DNA of 64,000 nucleotides from an uncultured Acidobacteriota bacterium (GTDB taxonomy: Bacteria > Acidobacteriota > UBA6911): contig CAWHCF010000041.1 of NCBI GenBank assembly GCA_963827655.1, forward strand, positions 1 to 64,000, written 5' to 3'. The translations under genes were made by a program, and so were the position numbers. Positions 9,390 through 19,584 of this stretch are shown here, piece after piece. Position 1 is the first letter of the stretch; each line of letters opens with the position of its first letter. Below the pieces are notes generated by a model. That model saw only the letters and a list, made by a program, of their open reading frames with translations. It was not told where the DNA came from and ran no database searches.

Positions 9390-11165
9390 TCAGGAAGCTG
9401 AATTCGAGTCCGTGGCCGGTCTTGCGCCATGCGCGCGCAGCACGGTAGCGAAGTCGGACCAACCGCGGGCGAGCGCTCGATCGAGGAGCGTCTTTCCCTC
9501 TCGGTTCCTTGCGTTAAGGTCGGCGCCGTACGCGGTCAGGAGCCGGACCATCTGTTCAAGGCGCGTCATCTCGGGGTGCAGGTAAAACACGAGCGGGTTG
9601 CCTCCATCATCGGCCGCGTTCGCCAAAGAAGGATCCTGCTCTAACAGCGCGGCGACGCGCTCGACTCCGTCGCACCGCAGCGCGTCGAAGATGTTTGCGA
9701 ATCTGAACAGGTAGTCGACGACATGCTGTTGTTGGCCGTGATAAGCCCAGCCGATCGGCGTGGAGTGGTAGGTGGGATCGCAAAGGCTGGGATCGGCGCC
9801 TAGCTCGAGAAGGAGCTTGACCATCTCGAGGTTGCCTCCGATGGTCGCGCTGTGAAGCGGACTCCGATCAAGACCCGAGTTGGGAACCATCCCGTTGACG
9901 TCGACCCCCAGCTCGACGATCAGGCGCACGCCGTCGGGCCGGCCGGCATCCACAGCTCGGTGAATCAAGTCGACCCGGCCGCGGTGGCCGAGCTTCTCCA
10001 ACATCGTGGGATCGTCCGCGAGCTGCGCGAGAGCTTCCGCACGGCGACCGGCAATGCAGGCCAGGGCAAATCTCTCGTTACGATCGAGTTCGATCTTCTT
10101 CGCGCCCCGCTCCAGCAAGTATTCCGCAACCTCATGATTGCCTGCCCGGAGTGCCTCTTCATAAGGCGTGCGGCCGTTGCGAAGACCCGGCGTGTTTACG
10201 TCCACGCCGTGATCGACCAGCAGCTTCACGCGTTGAGGAAAGTTGTTCTTCGCGGCACTCCACAACTCTTCGACCAGCAGCCGCGCCGGACTCTGCGCCC
10301 GGTCGCCCAGCCGTTTAGACCAGGGCCCGCCCTTGTCGTGCCCGAGGCCATAGGACAGCAGCAGCTTGAGGTGATCGTCGTCTTCACGGAAGTGCCGGTT
10401 GTAAAGCGTCTGTCCGTCGTTGGGATCAGCTCCCGCATCCAGCAGCAGCCTTGCCAGCGCGTCGCGATGCGGGTGTGGCGGTTGATTGATCCCGTCCTCA
10501 CCTTCTCCGAACGCGCCGGTCAGCGCGGTGAAGACGTAGGTTCCGCCCCACAGAAATCCGGCGTTGGGATCGGCGCCATGCGCCAGGAGCAGGCGCGCCA
10601 CCTCCAGCGTGGAGCGATTCGGAGCAGTGCCGTCGATGCGCGAATAGCACGCATAGAGAAGGGGCTCCCATCGAAGCGGCCCTCCTTTCGCTTCGACAAA
10701 CTCAGGGTCGCGCTCGATCATCGCGCGCGTGGCGGAGACGTCGCCCGCAGCTGCGGCGCTGTAGATGCTGGCTTGGGCGAGCTCCGGATGTTCGGTCAGC
10801 AGGCGGCGCGCCTTCGCCGGATTGGATCGATGCCAGGCTCCGTAATTCAGGCACGCCAGCTTGATGAAGACGTCAACGAGCGGCCCCGGGTCATCTGCGG
10901 GCTGTGGTGGATTCCAGACGAAGGGCTCGATGGCGGTGAGATACTGTTTCAACTTCGTCCAGCTCGCGAATCCGTAAGAACGCGCGGTGACGAGCTGGGC
11001 ATCACTAAGCGAGAAAAGGGTAATCGCCTCGTGCGCGCGCGGGTGAAATTCTCTCACTTGCGCGCCGGCGCCGGCGTCACCGGAACGGACTGCCTTGCGC
11101 AGCCGCTTGGCTTCTTTCCTGAGATGCTCGAAAGACGGGTCGTTCGGCAGCGGACGTATCGACAT
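9390..11165 (-). CDS. Ankyrin-repeat protein with N-terminal LP..PS.EHLRKEAK...DAQ...ARSYGF.SW domain
   Basis: Multiple LL..GADPN / TP..A ankyrin repeats; GGAGG RBS before ATG at 11165. Confidence 0.9.
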   Translation of the reverse strand: MSIRPLPNDPSFEHLRKEAKRLRKAVRSGDAGAGAQVREFHPRAHEAITLFSLSDAQLVTARSYGFASWTKLKQYLTAIEPFVWNPPQPADDPGPLVDVFIKLACLNYGAWHRSNPAKARRLLTEHPELAQASIYSAAAAGDVSATRAMIERDPEFVEAKGGPLRWEPLLYACYSRIDGTAPNRSTLEVARLLLAHGADPNAGFLWGGTYVFTALTGAFGEGEDGINQPPHPHRDALARLLLDAGADPNDGQTLYNRHFREDDDHLKLLLSYGLGHDKGGPWSKRLGDRAQSPARLLVEELWSAAKNNFPQRVKLLVDHGVDVNTPGLRNGRTPYEEALRAGNHEVAEYLLERGAKKIELDRNERFALACIAGRRAEALAQLADDPTMLEKLGHRGRVDLIHRAVDAGRPDGVRLIVELGVDVNGMVPNSGLDRSPLHSATIGGNLEMVKLLLELGADPSLCDPTYHSTPIGWAYHGQQQHVVDYLFRFANIFDALRCDGVERVAALLEQDPSLANAADDGGNPLVFYLHPEMTRLEQMVRLLTAYGADLNARNREGKTLLDRALARGWSDFATVLRAHGARPATDSNSAS

Positions 11166-11303
11166 AGCAACCTCCTCGCCCACGCTTGGCGGGCTGACGG
11201 CCTGTGGTCCGCAGCATCAGGCGAGGAAGTGGCTTGCCTCGAAATGGTCGGACGATCGGGCGGGCTTGGCCCTTTCCGCGGACTGGAGGCGCCCCGAGCG
11301 CGC
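11166..11303 (-). ncRNA. Candidate structured cis-regulatory 5' leader of the ankyrin gene
   Basis: Extended -10 TGcTAGAGT at 11310-11318 (minus). GUCCGCGG (11283-11276) can pair with CUGCGGAC (11214-11207), enclosing ~60 nt; a further GC stem lies near the RBS. Confidence 0.5.
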
Positions 11304-11602
11304 ACGGCCACTCTAGCAGATCAGATGAGCTATGTTCTAGAAGTTCTGAAGCAAGTCTCGCGAAGATCGATTGCCGCCAAGGTCAAGCAGGCGAAGATGT
11401 AGAATCGCATCGGCGTCCCTGCTGTAATGGTTTGAGGAGACACTCGCCGACTGGCACAGGAGGGATTGATCGGCATCCATGGCATGAGCTGCGGAGGCCG
11501 GCCCAGTCGTGTGAAAGCTGAGAAAACCGAGAGGCTCACGCGGGCGCGATGAAACCTCTCTTCGAGTGAACCTGAGCGTCAAAACGAGATTGGAGAGAGA
11601 TC

Positions 11603-12619
11603 ATGGCGACGATGCGCGTGGTGCAGGTCTCCCGCCCAAACGGGCCCTTCGAGATTGTTGAACGTCCGGTACCGGAACCGGGCACCGGATCAGTCCGGAT
11701 CAAGGTACAAGCTTGTGGCATCTGCCACAGCGATTCGCTCACCAAGGAAGGAGCTTACCCCGGAATTCAGTACCCGAGGGTACCCGGCCATGAGGTCGCC
11801 GGAGTGATCGATGCAGTCGGGGGCGGCATCGTAGAATGGCATCCGGGCCAACGCGTGGGCGTTGGGTGGAACGGTGGATATTGCGGACGTTGCGACCACT
11901 GCCGCCGGGGAGAATTCTTCGCCTGCGTGACCGGTCAGGTCACCGGCGTCACCTACGACGGCGGCTACGGCGAATACCTGATTGTTCCCGCCAGCGCGGT
12001 CGCGCTGATGCCGGACGAACTTCCTCCTGTCGAGGCGGCCCCCCTGATGTGCGCCGGGCTCACCACGTTCAATGCGCTGCGAAACAGCGCCGCGCGGCCG
12101 GGCGACGTCGTCGCCGTGCTCGGTTTGGGCGGGCTGGGCCACCTCGGGGTTCAGTACGCCGCGAAGATGGGCTTTCACACGGTAGGCATCGCGCGCGGCA
12201 AGGACAAGGAGCCGCTTGCCCGGCAGTTGGGCGCATCAGTGTACATCGATAGCGAGGCGCAGGACCCAGCGGCCGAACTCCTCAAGTTGGGCGGCGCCAA
12301 AGTCATTCTGGCGACGGCCACCAGCGGCGAGGCTATGAGCGCGGTGCAGGGCGGCCTGGCTGTTAACGGCACGCTGTTGGTTCTCGGGGCGGCTGCCTCG
12401 TTGCAAGTGTCCCCCTTGTTGCTGCTGTCGGGATGCCGCTCGATCAAGGGTTGGTATTCGGGGACGTCGATCGACTCCCAGGACACGCTCGCCTTCAGTG
12501 CCCGCAACGGCGTGCGGTCGATGAATGAAATCTTCCCGCTGGAGCGCGCCTCCGAAGCCTACGACCGCATGATGAGCGGCAAGGCGCGTTTTCGAGTTGT
12601 TCTAAAGATCGGGGGCTAG
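11603..12619 (+). CDS. Zinc-dependent alcohol dehydrogenase (MDR family)
   Basis: CGICHSD, GHE, CxxCxxC...C structural Zn site, GLGGLGH. Confidence 0.95.
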   Translation: MATMRVVQVSRPNGPFEIVERPVPEPGTGSVRIKVQACGICHSDSLTKEGAYPGIQYPRVPGHEVAGVIDAVGGGIVEWHPGQRVGVGWNGGYCGRCDHCRRGEFFACVTGQVTGVTYDGGYGEYLIVPASAVALMPDELPPVEAAPLMCAGLTTFNALRNSAARPGDVVAVLGLGGLGHLGVQYAAKMGFHTVGIARGKDKEPLARQLGASVYIDSEAQDPAAELLKLGGAKVILATATSGEAMSAVQGGLAVNGTLLVLGAAASLQVSPLLLLSGCRSIKGWYSGTSIDSQDTLAFSARNGVRSMNEIFPLERASEAYDRMMSGKARFRVVLKIGG

Positions 12620-12624
12620 CGTGC

Positions 12625-12688
12625 TGTGTCTTCGTGGTTAGAGCTGGGAAACAAATACCACGAGGATACAAAGACACGAAGAAACACC
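12625..12688 (+). repeat. Tandem-armed hairpin element copy 1 (left-truncated)
   Basis: GTGTCTTCGTGGTTAGAGCTGGGAAACAAATACCACGAGGATACAAAGACACGAAGAAACACC. Confidence 0.85.
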
Positions 12689-12724
12689 GACTCCAAAATT
12701 CGTGAGCCGAAGGGAACGCCTGGG

Positions 12725-14320
12725 CTAGGTCGCGCGCCCGAACTCGTAGAGAAACTCGACGAAGGAAAATGTTGCGCCGGCCATGCCCTGGACCTTCGGA
12801 TTCTTCGACTCAATCACATAGTATTCGTCGGGTGCGTGCGCTCCGCCTCCATGGCCCAGGCCGAAATGGCCCGCCGGCAAGCGCAGGGGCTCGCCGGTGA
12901 AAATGTAGCCCGGCCAGGAACCCGCGCTGCGCGGCATCATCACCGGGCTGATTCCATGATTGCGATAAACGGCGATTGACGCGCGAATGATGGCGGAGTC
13001 AGCCGGGGTGCTGGTCGGATCGTAGCCGCCGGTCATGTTGACCTCGATATCGCCAAACCCGCGCTTCGCCAGATGCGCTTTCAGCGCGGCCAGCGATTCG
13101 GCTGCGGTCATGTCCGGCACAAGGCGCAGGTCGAGTTTCGCCAGCGCCTTGCCGGGCAGAATGGTTTTGCCGCCGGGTCCGGTGTAGCCGCCGACCAGTC
13201 CTTCGATATTGACCGTCGGCCGCGAGGTCAGCATTTCGAGCGCTTCCTGCCAGCCGACGTCGCGAATCCAGCGATCCACGCCGAGCAGCTTCTTGGAGCC
13301 CTCCTCGCTGATGCGGCTCGCGGCGTCCGCAATCATTTTCTTTTCTGCAGCAGAAAGCGGCTTCGCTTTCGCGGCGAACCCTTCGATCGCCGGATCGTTG
13401 CCGTCGGATGAAACCAGCGTCGCCAGCGCTTGCACCAGATGCCACGCCGGACTATCCACGCGCGCTTTGTTGCTGGAGTGGATGTCCTTGCGCGGGCCAC
13501 GTCCCCAGCGCGCGCCGCTGGAAACGAGTTCGCATTCGATCACACCCTTGGCGCCCAGCGCGACCGTCACTTGCCCTTCGAGATCCTGCGCAGCTGACGG
13601 CATGAACACGCTGGCACATTTCTTCAGCGCGGCCTGTGCTTCGGGAGCGCGCGCTACCTGGGGAAAATTCGGCGAGCCGATTTCTTCCTCGCCCTCGCCG
13701 ACAAAAACCAGATTGACCGGCAGCTTGCGGCTCGCGCCGCGAATCGCATGCAGCGCGGCGAGAAACGTTGCCTGAGGTCCTTTCTGGTTGGTTGCGCCGC
13801 GGGCCATCAGCACTTTGCCCAGGCCCGGCTTGTCCACGATCGCAGCATCGAACGGCGGCGAAGACCACTCCGCGGGATCGACCTGCTTCACGTCATACAT
13901 GAAATAAATCCCCAGCGTCCGGGGCGCTCCGGCATCGAGCGTCGCGAAAACCCCCGGATGGCCGGCCGTGGGCATCTTCTTCACGCTTTCGAAGCCCGCT
14001 TCCTTCAACATGCGCATCATGGTGGCGCAGCCTTCATTCATGCCGCGATTTTCCGCGGCGATGGAGGGTTCGCGGACCCAGGCTTGCAAGCGCTTGACCG
14101 CTTCGTCGTGACGCTTTTCGATTTCGGCGCGGATGGGGTCGAGTTCGTTGTTCTGCGCGCGCGTCCAGCCCGGCATCGCCAGCGCGGCCGCTCCTGTGGC
14201 GACGACCCGGGCAAAATTGCGCCGGTCCATCCGTCTCCCTGGCGCCGTCGCCGATCGCAAACCGGTTTGGCTCGCGGCGGATGAAGATTTTCTGTGATTG
14301 TTCTTTGAATCGCTCGTCAT
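12725..14320 (-). CDS. M20/M25/M40 family metallo-hydrolase with Tat signal
   Basis: DRRNFARV Tat-like motif, YFMYDV, ARGATNQKG, EGEEEIGS, AHAPDE; GGGAGG RBS before ATG 14320. Confidence 0.9.
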   Translation of the reverse strand: MTSDSKNNHRKSSSAASQTGLRSATAPGRRMDRRNFARVVATGAAALAMPGWTRAQNNELDPIRAEIEKRHDEAVKRLQAWVREPSIAAENRGMNEGCATMMRMLKEAGFESVKKMPTAGHPGVFATLDAGAPRTLGIYFMYDVKQVDPAEWSSPPFDAAIVDKPGLGKVLMARGATNQKGPQATFLAALHAIRGASRKLPVNLVFVGEGEEEIGSPNFPQVARAPEAQAALKKCASVFMPSAAQDLEGQVTVALGAKGVIECELVSSGARWGRGPRKDIHSSNKARVDSPAWHLVQALATLVSSDGNDPAIEGFAAKAKPLSAAEKKMIADAASRISEEGSKKLLGVDRWIRDVGWQEALEMLTSRPTVNIEGLVGGYTGPGGKTILPGKALAKLDLRLVPDMTAAESLAALKAHLAKRGFGDIEVNMTGGYDPTSTPADSAIIRASIAVYRNHGISPVMMPRSAGSWPGYIFTGEPLRLPAGHFGLGHGGGAHAPDEYYVIESKNPKVQGMAGATFSFVEFLYEFGRAT

Positions 14321-14411
14321 CGTTTCCTCCCACACCGAGAAAAGGCGGATGGCCTCTCGCCAGGGCGCTTCGGCCATCGACTGCGCACCACCGGCACACA
14401 ATAGTATCATT

Positions 14412-14530
14412 GCCAAGATTCTTGGTGTTCTTCGTGTCTTTGAGTCTTAGTCGTGTTTGTTTGACAGCTCTAACCACGAAGACTCGAAGACACGAAGAAA
14501 CACCAGGGGCGCTTCGGTTGCGGCCTCACG
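14412..14530 (-). repeat. Tandem-armed hairpin element copy 2
   Basis: GCCAAGATTCTTGGTGTTCTTCGTGTC...CAGCTCTAACCACGAAGACTCGAAGACACGAAGAAACACC...GGTTGCGGCC. Confidence 0.85.
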
Positions 14531-14553
14531 GCTTGCCCCGAGCCAGGGCAGGA

Positions 14554-15819
14554 TTAAAGGAAGATGATCGACGCCGGGCTGCCGACCGGGGTGTACCGAT
14601 CGGCAAACCTCAGACGACGCCCGTCTTCCTCCACACTAAAGGTGGTGACGGCGTCGCTTCTCTGGTTGCAAACATACATGTACCGCCCGGAGGGATCGAT
14701 ATTGAAGCTGCGAGGATAATCGCCGCGCGTCCACTCTTCATCGACCAGCTCCGGACGACCGGCCCGACCGATCCTGAAAATCGCGATCGTGTCGTGGAGC
14801 CGGTTGGCGGCATAGATGAAGTTCCCATTGGGCGAGACCATGATTTCCGAAGTGAAATTGGTGCCGACGAAGCCTTCGGGAAGCGTGGATATTTCGTCGA
14901 CGAGCTGCAGGGAGCCGTTTGACGGGTTGAATATCATGAACGCAAGCGTGGAGGATTCTTCGTTCAGCAGATAAAACCATACACCGTTGGGATGGAACGC
15001 AAAGTGGCGCGGGCCGGCGCCGACAGAAGTCGGAAATGTTCTCGGATTCCGAAGCGTGCCGTTCCTGGAATTGAACCTCCAGACGATTACGATATCGAGC
15101 CCCAGATCCGTCGCAATGGCAAAGTCACCGGAGGGATCGGTCTCGATCATGTGGGCATGGGGCGCTGTCGTGCCCGCTTCTGGCGAAACTGCCGGGAGGC
15201 GCCTTCGCGGCCATGTTGGGTCCAACAGGGCATGGACTGGGTGAACAGGTGTCCACGTCCATCTCTACGTCCGTAGCCTCGCCGAGGGATCCGCCTGCAG
15301 AGGATGGGAAGGACCGCGCAGTTGCCGCCGCCGTAATTGGATACCAGGACATTTCTGCCGGAGGGGTCCACGCTCAGGTGAGCCGGTCCGCCGCCTTGCG
15401 AGCTGACGGTGTTCAGGAACGTGAGCTCGCCATTCGACTGATTGACCGAAAAAGCGCTGACCGCGCCGGTCGGCGTGTTGTTGAAAGTTGCCGATTTCAT
15501 TGGCGGCATACAGACGTGTCTTGGCGGGATTAAACGAAATCCAGGAAGGATTGGTTGCGGATACGCTGCCGGGAGAAAGATTCGCTGTGGTAAAGACTTT
15601 GATCTGGGTAAGTTCGCCGTTTGCTTCCACCCGGAACAGATAAATTCCGAGACCGTTGGGTGTGTAACAGCCGACATAGGCCAGGGTTGTATCCCTGCCT
15701 CCCCTCTGGAAGCCGTATACCGGCCGTGATGCCGCTAAGGCTGCCGCTCCAACTAGTAAGTCCCGACGCGTGACCCCGCCGAGCGAGGCGCGCCGTGATG
15801 GTGAGTTCTGTGAGTGCAT
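14554..15819 (-). CDS. Lactonase family (6-phosphogluconolactonase-like 7-blade propeller), Tat signal, multiple frameshifts
   Basis: TRRDLL Tat motif, AYVGCYT, NPSW, LYAANE, PAHLS, NYGGG, HAHMI, DLGLD, GAGPRH, PRSF distributed over three ORFs. Confidence 0.85.
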
Positions 15820-16173
15820 CTCTTCCTCCCTTGAGTAGTTAAACAACAGGCTCATACATACCGGGGGGGAATTTTGTCGTTTCACAGCTGGCAGGATGGA
15901 ACGAATGGGAAATCGCCACGGGACCTCCCTTCCTAAGACTCGTCCCACGGCGGGCATCAGCCTACTGCGTTAGCACGCGAAGATCAATAGTTCTTGCAGC
16001 GCATGATCAAGCAACGGAAGCTTGCCAGGACCGAAGTCCTCAAGACCACCAGGCGGATGGCCGCTCACGACTACGGGTCGCAACGGCGCGCCTGGAGTTT
16101 GGCGATTCCGTGGCGCGGCAGCAGGCTGCCGCAAACTTGGTCGAAGTGTGAACTTTGCGCACGACAAGAGAAC

Positions 16174-17142
16174 CTAGAGCGGTACCGCGTTCGCCCGCAC
16201 GTACTCCTCGAGGGGAGATTCTTCCGGACCGATGTAGTGAAAGTATTCGGCCCATTCCAGCCCGTGGGCCGGACCCCGGGCGCGGTCGCGGGCAAGTGCA
16301 AAATACTTGGTGTATTGCCGGTTGGCGGTCTCGGCATCGTTTCCGAGCAGCGGCAGGCGCTTGCCCTCGGCAGCCAGACGCCGCCGGAGGCGGTCACCGG
16401 TCTCGCCCGCCGGGCCCTGCGTCACATTTGCTATGTTAACCCACGCCTTCTTATCGATGTAGGCGCCGATGTCCACCACGCGGTTGACTAACTGGGGCCC
16501 GCGGGAGAAGTAGTAGCGCTCGCGAACAGGGTGTGGCTTCGCTCCCGCGTAGCCGAATTCAGGGTAGTCCCATGACATGGCGCAGATACCCGCAGCCCAC
16601 TCGACCGCCTTCGCGGTGACATAGTGGTCGGGGTTGCGCTCGTAAAGGCCGCTCGGGTCGTAGACGAGAATGGTGTCTACCTTGAACTGGCGGAAGAGAA
16701 ACACCAGGCGAGCCCGGATCTCGATGATGGGCCAGGCGTCCAGGTTGTGATTGGGATAGTTCAGGAAGATCGCTTCCTTGAGGCCCATGCGGCGCGCAAC
16801 CTCGCGCGTGTCCTTCTCGTTCTTCAGCACGACTTCGCCGTAGCCCGATCCGGAACCCGCCATCGAATCGTCCGAAACCGTAATCAGAATACCTTCGTAG
16901 CCCTCATCGATGAGCTTCAGCACGGTGCCCGCGGCGAAGATAGGAATGTCGTCGCAGTGCGGCTGAATCGCCGCGAGCATTTTCCCCTTGTGCGGTTTGC
17001 CCGTCTGTTGGCGCTCGATGATAGTCTTGACGGTGTAAGACACCTCGCCGGCGCCGCTCGCGACTTTTTCGTTGGCGGGCGGCAGTGGGATTTGCGCAGC
17101 CTGTGCCATCATGGCGGTGCCTAGAAAACTTCTTCGGTCCAT
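16174..17142 (-). CDS. PIG-L/LmbE family deacetylase with Tat signal
   Basis: MDRRSFL, PHCDD, NPDH motifs; GGAGG RBS. Confidence 0.9.
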   Translation of the reverse strand: MDRRSFLGTAMMAQAAQIPLPPANEKVASGAGEVSYTVKTIIERQQTGKPHKGKMLAAIQPHCDDIPIFAAGTVLKLIDEGYEGILITVSDDSMAGSGSGYGEVVLKNEKDTREVARRMGLKEAIFLNYPNHNLDAWPIIEIRARLVFLFRQFKVDTILVYDPSGLYERNPDHYVTAKAVEWAAGICAMSWDYPEFGYAGAKPHPVRERYYFSRGPQLVNRVVDIGAYIDKKAWVNIANVTQGPAGETGDRLRRRLAAEGKRLPLLGNDAETANRQYTKYFALARDRARGPAHGLEWAEYFHYIGPEESPLEEYVRANAVPL

Positions 17143-17784
17143 CGTTACCTCCTGGTTATGTCAGAGTCGCTTCAACTTCGATCGGAACTTCGCCGATACT
17201 TCTTCGTAGGGAACACGCGGGCGGTTTGCCAGACCGGAAGTCTCCGGCCCCCGCACTCGCCTCAATTACTGATCACATTGACCGACGGCAATTCAATCAT
17301 CGTACTTCTGGCCGGCAGGCACAAGAGTCTAGTCCGCGCGACACTGCCCGCTCAAATAAGGAGTTTTCTGCGCGTCTGGCTGGAGGGCAAGACGGGCCGG
17401 TAAAACGAGGTGTTCGGTTGCGGTCAACTTTCGGCGGATTCTTTTTGTAACATAAGGCTGGTGAACAAAACCGGCATGAAACCACGTGTCGTTTCCGAAC
17501 CCTCGGTTTCAGGCATTCGGAAGGGGCGCTTCGGTTAACCAGAACGGATTTTTTATATTAAAGTATTACATTATTAATCAACTACAAATTATTATTAATC
17601 AGATTAATTATATATGATTGCTCATATCGAGTTTCAAGCCAAGCGGTCGAACCTTCACGTTCAGCGCGCTTGGAGAACCTCGCGAGCCGATTGCTCGGCA
17701 TCATCGTCACTTTTATTGCCGAGCGCTTCGCCCCCGGCTGGTCAGCTCAAAGCCGAGATGCGTGCCACCCCCGAGCGCTTGTGT

Positions 17785-19336
17785 CTACAGCGTCCTCAGG
17801 AACGCGATCAAGGCCTTCTGCTCTTCAGCCGAGAGCTTGAGTCCGAACTCGTGTCCTTTCACGGTCCGAGTCTTGACTCCGGCGCCTTTCCATCCAGTCG
17901 GCACGTAATCATCGCGCAAGCGTCGCGGATCGAACCAGTCTTCGAGCGTGGCGACCGAGCCGTTGTGCTCAAACGGTCCCCGGTACCACACACCTTTCAG
18001 CGACGGGACCTTGTAGTAACCGGTCCCCCGTCGGGTCGTTAACGTCAGTGTGGGATCGGTGCCGACTGAGAGCGGAAGGATGTCGAACCGGGTTTGATGA
18101 TCGTCAGGCACCTTGAATCCTTCAGCCGGGGTCAGTTTGTTGTTGGTGTATAGCGGCGGCGTGTGACACGTGGCGCAGCCCTCGCGGCGAAAAATTGTTT
18201 CGCCCCGCGCGGTCAGCGGCGTTCGCTTGTTCGGATTGGACGGCGGTGTGAGTGAATAGATGTAGAGGGCCAAGGCGTACAGTTGCTCGTCGCTGTAACG
18301 CGACAGCGTGGAAGGATCGGGCAATTTGCCCGATACAACCTCGATCGGTCTGAATTCACCGTAACGAGCCAGCAGGTCGCCATCCTGATTCAGAGCCGCG
18401 TAACGCATCAGATCGTCGATACCACGGTTGACAACGAGGCCGCTGTGATCGAGATAACGTCGCTCCCAGACGCCGATCAGGTCCGGCACTTGCACAGGAG
18501 AGAAAGGACTCGTCCCGTTACGAGCCAGCACCCCCGGTGGGATCGCGTCGTATATGGAAATGATCTCTTGAAGCGGCATCTGTTCGGCCCGCGCCTGTGG
18601 ATCAGGACTCAACCAGGGTGCGGCGAAGAGCAGCCGGATGAAACTACGTTGCGAGTTCCTGGCGCTTCTGTTCGGGCATTGGAGATGTCCGCTGGAGGAA
18701 AGCAATCACCCGATCGAAGGGAAAATTCCCTTGGGCGCCTTTGACCAGGCTTCCATCCGGCATCACACGTGTGTGGCACATCCCACAGGAGAAGTTCCCC
18801 AATTCCACTTGTCCCTTTTTCCGGATCACATAGCGTGTGAAAGGGAGCACGCCGTCCCGGGCGGTGGGCATACCGGTTTTTTTGTACCACTCGGGATTTC
18901 GTACATCAGAAACCCGGACGATCCCCGCCTGCCCGGCATCATAGGCAATCGGCGCATCGAAGACGAGTTCACCGGCCCTGATCCAGTCGGCTCCTGTCTT
19001 GAGCTTGCCCGGATCGAAGACAACTTCCGGTTCATGCTGCTCGAGGCTCTCGAAATAACCGGGCGGTTCTTTGCCGGGGGCGTAGACGGGATAGCTCTTG
19101 TAGACGGGCCGCACCGGCATACGGTAGTAGTAGTCAGCGGAAACAGGAACGGGTGAGGCGCCGGCTTCCGCAAGTGGCACTGCCAACCGGGCGAGGGCCT
19201 TCTCGTCCCAGGTTTTGGGAATAACGGGCGCAAAACTGCTGCGATTTTTTTGCGCCTGGCTGCGACCGATCAGAGCCGTGATGGTAAACAGCGCGCAAAG
19301 AGCAAGCGCAAGAATCTTGATGGCTGCTTGTCGCAT
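17785..19336 (-). CDS. Secreted di-heme c-type cytochrome (CCP/MauG/RoxA-like C-terminus), frameshift near 18660
   Basis: Signal peptide; CGMCH and CATCH heme sites; YKVPSLKGVWYRGPFEHNGSV; GHEFG...LIAFL.TL C-terminus. Confidence 0.85.
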
Positions 19337-19452
19337 TTGAGACCTCCTGGTGATTTCGGGCCTGCGCTATCCGTCTTGAAAATCGGCCACGGAGCCTTAC
19401 CAAACTCGACCGGCCTTCAATCCTTCTGCGGACTTCACGCGCTTGCCGATAT

Positions 19453-19488
19453 CAATAGAGGCGCCATCGGATTCGCAAACCTGTCATC
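19453..19488 (-). promoter_or_regulatory. Putative ECF promoter (TGACA-N18-CGCC) upstream of the cytochrome gene
   Basis: 29/36 identical to 22819-22854, with conservation concentrated in two blocks. Confidence 0.7.
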
Positions 19489-19584
19489 CAATGTGATTCT
19501 TTCGGTCGCCGAAATGAAGCTTCTTTGCGGTGAGCGCCGTGGGAAGGCTCGACGAGTAAGAAGCAGCGAACCTGGCAGGGTTGA

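Noticed and set aside
9852-11402. Long antisense ORFs (for example 9852-11402, 36708-37958, 44756-46144, 58845-60041)
   Set aside because: They are shadows of GC3-biased real genes on the opposite strand and carry no recognisable motifs.
15830-16170. Short ORFs between the lactonase and PIG-L genes
   Set aside because: No recognisable motifs in any frame.
14506-17536. 14-bp identity GGGGCGCTTCGGTT at 14506 and 17523 as a target-site duplication
   Set aside because: It is short and GC-rich, one copy lies inside a repeat element, and the enclosed genes show no mobility functions.
17640-17765. attC-like integron site downstream of the cytochrome gene
   Set aside because: No proper RYYYAAC/GTTRRRY ends or convincing pairing, and no integrase or second site.
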